From a virus, in IMG/VR virus record IMGVR_UViG_3300015242_000020, positions 1 through 64,000 of that record: DNA of 64,000 nt; one strand, 5' to 3'. The translations under genes were made by a program, and so were the position numbers. Numbering within the stretch: the stretch's first letter is position 1; every line of letters starts with the position of its first letter. The notes under the pieces were generated by a model, which had not been told where the DNA came from, made no database searches, and saw only the letters and a list, made by a program, of their open reading frames with translations. Positions 61,180-64,000 of the stretch are shown here, piece by piece.

Positions 61180-64000
61180 CTAGATCAGGTCACCGAACTC
61201 TTCGGAGCTGACCGCACCGGTGGATGCCTGGGTGCGGATCCCACCGGCCAAGCTCGGCCGGGAGCGCTGACCCTCTGGCCGGTTCTGGGCCTGGGGAACC
61301 AAGTTGGTCGAGGCTGTGCGCTGAGTCTGGCGGGCCTGCGCCGCCGCGATCACCGTCTGCAGCTCCTGGCTGATCGCCTGGATAACCGGCAGCGGAGAGT
61401 CAGAGTCGGCGATCTTCTGGGCCGCCACCAGCTCATCCTCGGCCGAGATGCCGGCGGTGTTGCGGAGCTTGGCCAGATGCATCGCCGCGAACAGCCGGGT
61501 CTGCGGCTCCCCCTTAGAGGCCCAGGAGATGTTATCCGGGCCGCCAGTGTTGAAGCTGGAGGAGTTGTCCGCCGGCACCCCGACCACCACGTCGATGGGA
61601 GCCTTGGCGCCGTCTGGGCTGGGCACGTCATCCACACCCGGCTCGGCGGCCTGCACGTTCTCCTTCTCCGCGTTGTCCTCGGTCAGGTTGGTCGAGGTGG
61701 GCGCGGAGTCCACCGAGGTGGTCGCATCCGGCGTCACGTTGGTGTTGGCGCTGGAGGGGACCGAGCCGATGTTGGACGGATCATCCTTGGCGGCCGGCGC
61801 GCGCTCGGAGGCGTTGTCCTCAGAGGTCTTCTTCAGCGCCAGGTAGGCCTGCCGGCGGCGATCCCGCAGCGAGGAGGACTTGGAGGAGTCCGAGTCGCTG
61901 CCGCTGTCGGAGTCATCGTCGGAATCGTCATCGTCATGTTCGTCGCTGTCGGAGGAGTCCGAGTCGTCGTCGCTGTCGTCGTCAGAGTCGTCGTCCTTCT
62001 TGCCCGACTCATCGGACTTGGCGTCGGAACTGTCGTCGTCCTTCTTCTTGAACTGCGGCGGCATCTCCCCGGCGCTCTTCAGATAGGCCAGCAGCTGGTT
62101 CTGGCCGGCGACGATCTCTTCGATCTTCTCCCCCAGCGCGTCGATCCTCTTGTGGGCGTTCTGGGCTCGGGCAGCCGTGTTGTTGGTCATCCCAACTTCC
62201 TCTCGTGAAACCGTGGTACGGGGGTGACCGCTGCCCAGATAGAGCGGCGGTTGGGGACTTTCGTCATCCATCGGCTCGCCATCGTTGCGGTCCGCCTCTT
62301 GGGCCTTGCTGGTATCGGGGGTACCGAATGGCTCCGGCGGACCCTCCCAGCCACAGTTGGTGCACTGGTTGTTATTCCAGGAGTCCACATCGCCACAGAT
62401 GGGGCAGGCTTCCGGCAGCAGGGTGTTGACACTGGGCGGGGCGGTCTGGGCCGCCAGCGTGACGCTGAGGGCCGGGAGAACCCCCTGCTGTACGGCGATC
62501 CGGTTCTCCGGGGCATCTTCGCCGCGACCGAACTGCCGGTAATGCTGATTCGCCGCCGCCAGGGCCGAGTTCAGGTCGGGGTGCATTTCCTCCGACGTGT
62601 AGCTTCCGGCGCTCTCGCCGGGCTCGTCGTTGTTGTAGATCTGGTAGCGGTAGCCGTTGCTGCGCTGACCGGCATCGTCCTTTGTGAAGTACTGATGGAC
62701 TCGGCCCACCGGCCTACCGATCTGTGGGTCGTGCAGGACCATCATGCTCGGCTCGAACATGGAGGGCTGAGCGACCAGGTCAGCGGTCTTCCTCATGGAG
62801 GCGACCTTTCTGGAGGCGGCGTGGTATCCGGGACCGACCAGGTCCGGGTAGTGCTCCCCGGCGTAGGAGTTCCAGTCCTCGCCGGCCCGCACCCGGCCCC
62901 GTTCCCGGCCCAGACCCAGCGGCTTACCGGCGGCATGATCGGCCTCGGCGTTCTCCCGCTGCCGGACCAGCCAGGTGGTGGCCTGCACCTGGTGGGGATA
63001 CACCGGATGTCCGAGCTTGGCGGTGAGCTGGTCGGCGGCGTCCTTGTACTGCCGGACGAAGTGCCCGTAGTAGTGCCGGTTGGAGACCGGGGCACCTTCC
63101 AGGTCGTCATCAGTGAGCCGGCGCCCGGCCGCGACCGACATGGCGTGTCGGTCGACCACCACGTGCGGCTGAGTGGGGTCGGCATCCCCACCGTGCTCGA
63201 TCAGGTGCGCGAAGTCGGAGATCTTCGGGCTCTTCAGTACGTTCTCGTGCCGCTCCCCGTTGATGATCCGCTGCGCCTGATTGGCCATGGAGGCGGTCGC
63301 GAACACGCCGGAGCCCTTGCCACCGATCGCCTTCCCGGAGGACAGCGCGTGCGCGGCGTTGAGCATGTTCACCGGCCACAGCGTCTGCGGGGAGTAGGCC
63401 GCGAGCACTCCGGCGCCCTTGTGGGTGTTTCCGTTGCCCAGCGCCTTGGCCACGATCTGGGCGTCGGGGTACCAGCGGGAGCCCTGCTCGATGTCCTCGG
63501 GGGTGGCCCGGTTCCAGTGGTCCATGATGTTCTGCGAGCTGACCGGGTGAGTCTGAAACCACGGGTGCTGATCCGGTGCCCACTTCGGCCCGGCCGCTGC
63601 CGTACGGAGATCCTCCACCACGTCGGGCTCGACGCACATCGGCCGAAAGACGAACGCTAGTCTCGCAGCCAATGCCGGACGCACCAGATCCGGAACACCA
63701 CGGGTGTCGATGTCGAACATGTGCGCCGTTGGGTCTGCGGGATCCTCGACCAGAACTGAGTTTTCGAAGAAGTGCAGCCCGTGGCAGTCCTCGTAGACCA
63801 GCACGGCCTGCTTCTTGCCGTTGACGGTCTTCAGGACGCGCTGGCCCTTCATCCGGGCGATGTGGTTGCAGTACTGGGCGGGGGTCTCAGCCTTGTTGCC
63901 GCAGACCGAGCACAGCGTGTATGCCACGGCGGTGCCCATCGAGGTGCGGTCGACTTCGCCGGTGACGATGGCTTCGGCCAGCTTGGGAAACTTCACCGCG
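61180..64000 (-). CDS. capsid maturation protease/scaffold polyprotein (5'-truncated) with inserted domains
   Basis: TSMG..CSVCGN..YCNHI..FFENSVLVEDPADPTA; acidic linker; helical C-terminus. Confidence 0.8.
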   Translation of the reverse strand, partial: AVKFPKLAEAIVTGEVDRTSMGTAVAYTLCSVCGNKAETPAQYCNHIARMKGQRVLKTVNGKKQAVLVYEDCHGLHFFENSVLVEDPADPTAHMFDIDTRGVPDLVRPALAARLAFVFRPMCVEPDVVEDLRTAAAGPKWAPDQHPWFQTHPVSSQNIMDHWNRATPEDIEQGSRWYPDAQIVAKALGNGNTHKGAGVLAAYSPQTLWPVNMLNAAHALSSGKAIGGKGSGVFATASMANQAQRIINGERHENVLKSPKISDFAHLIEHGGDADPTQPHVVVDRHAMSVAAGRRLTDDDLEGAPVSNRHYYGHFVRQYKDAADQLTAKLGHPVYPHQVQATTWLVRQRENAEADHAAGKPLGLGRERGRVRAGEDWNSYAGEHYPDLVGPGYHAASRKVASMRKTADLVAQPSMFEPSMMVLHDPQIGRPVGRVHQYFTKDDAGQRSNGYRYQIYNNDEPGESAGSYTSEEMHPDLNSALAAANQHYRQFGRGEDAPENRIAVQQGVLPALSVTLAAQTAPPSVNTLLPEACPICGDVDSWNNNQCTNCGWEGPPEPFGTPDTSKAQEADRNDGEPMDDESPQPPLYLGSGHPRTTVSREEVGMTNNTAARAQNAHKRIDALGEKIEEIVAGQNQLLAYLKSAGEMPPQFKKKDDDSSDAKSDESGKKDDDSDDDSDDDSDSSDSDEHDDDDSDDDSDSGSDSDSSKSSSLRDRRRQAYLALKKTSEDNASERAPAAKDDPSNIGSVPSSANTNVTPDATTSVDSAPTSTNLTEDNAEKENVQAAEPGVDDVPSPDGAKAPIDVVVGVPADNSSSFNTGGPDNISWASKGEPQTRLFAAMHLAKLRNTAGISAEDELVAAQKIADSDSPLPVIQAISQELQTVIAAAQARQTQRTASTNLVPQAQNRPEGQRSRPSLAGGIRTQASTGAVSSEEFGDLI

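Noticed and set aside
61870-62050. TCG/TCA-rich repetitive DNA
   Set aside because: Encodes a low-complexity Asp/Ser linker; not a CRISPR array or an independent repeat.
1-64000. Integrase, transposase, reverse transcriptase/DGR, intein, terminase or portal
   Set aside because: No diagnostic motifs seen in this window; lifestyle cannot be determined here.

Overview
This window is about 64 kb of a high-GC, large tailed phage genome, most likely a myovirus infecting an actinobacterium; gene order resembles Bxz1/cluster-C-type actinophages. Most genes are on the minus strand. Read right to left they are: a capsid maturation/scaffold polyprotein (truncated by the window edge), a decoration protein and the major capsid protein; a 26-tRNA cluster containing RtcB and an HNH endonuclease; head accessory and fiber genes (GDPD, beta-helix depolymerase, repeat proteins); head-tail joining genes; tail sheath and tube; tail chaperones with a -1 frameshift; tape measure; SLT and NlpC/P60 baseplate proteins; baseplate J and wedge; a tailspike; and an SNF2 helicase. 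A plus-strand block (7.1-12 kb) holds an M15 endolysin and small ORFs. The left end holds a GntR-like regulator, a lone tRNA-Cys-like gene and a GNAT. The least explained signals are: (i) at least seven non-tRNA structured RNAs interleaved with the tRNAs, one enclosing tRNA-Phe, one a tRNA mimic and one loosely GOLLD-like; (ii) a CGA-rich leader ORF before the tRNA operon and rare AGU/UAU anticodons; (iii) three dispersed DNA motifs (GATAGAWNTATC, CAAGGAWCCTTA, CCTG-N24/25-AAGNNNTAG); and (iv) an HhH-glycosylase-like domain inserted in the prohead polyprotein between putative cleavage motifs. All calls were made by eye; no searches or folding programs were run.
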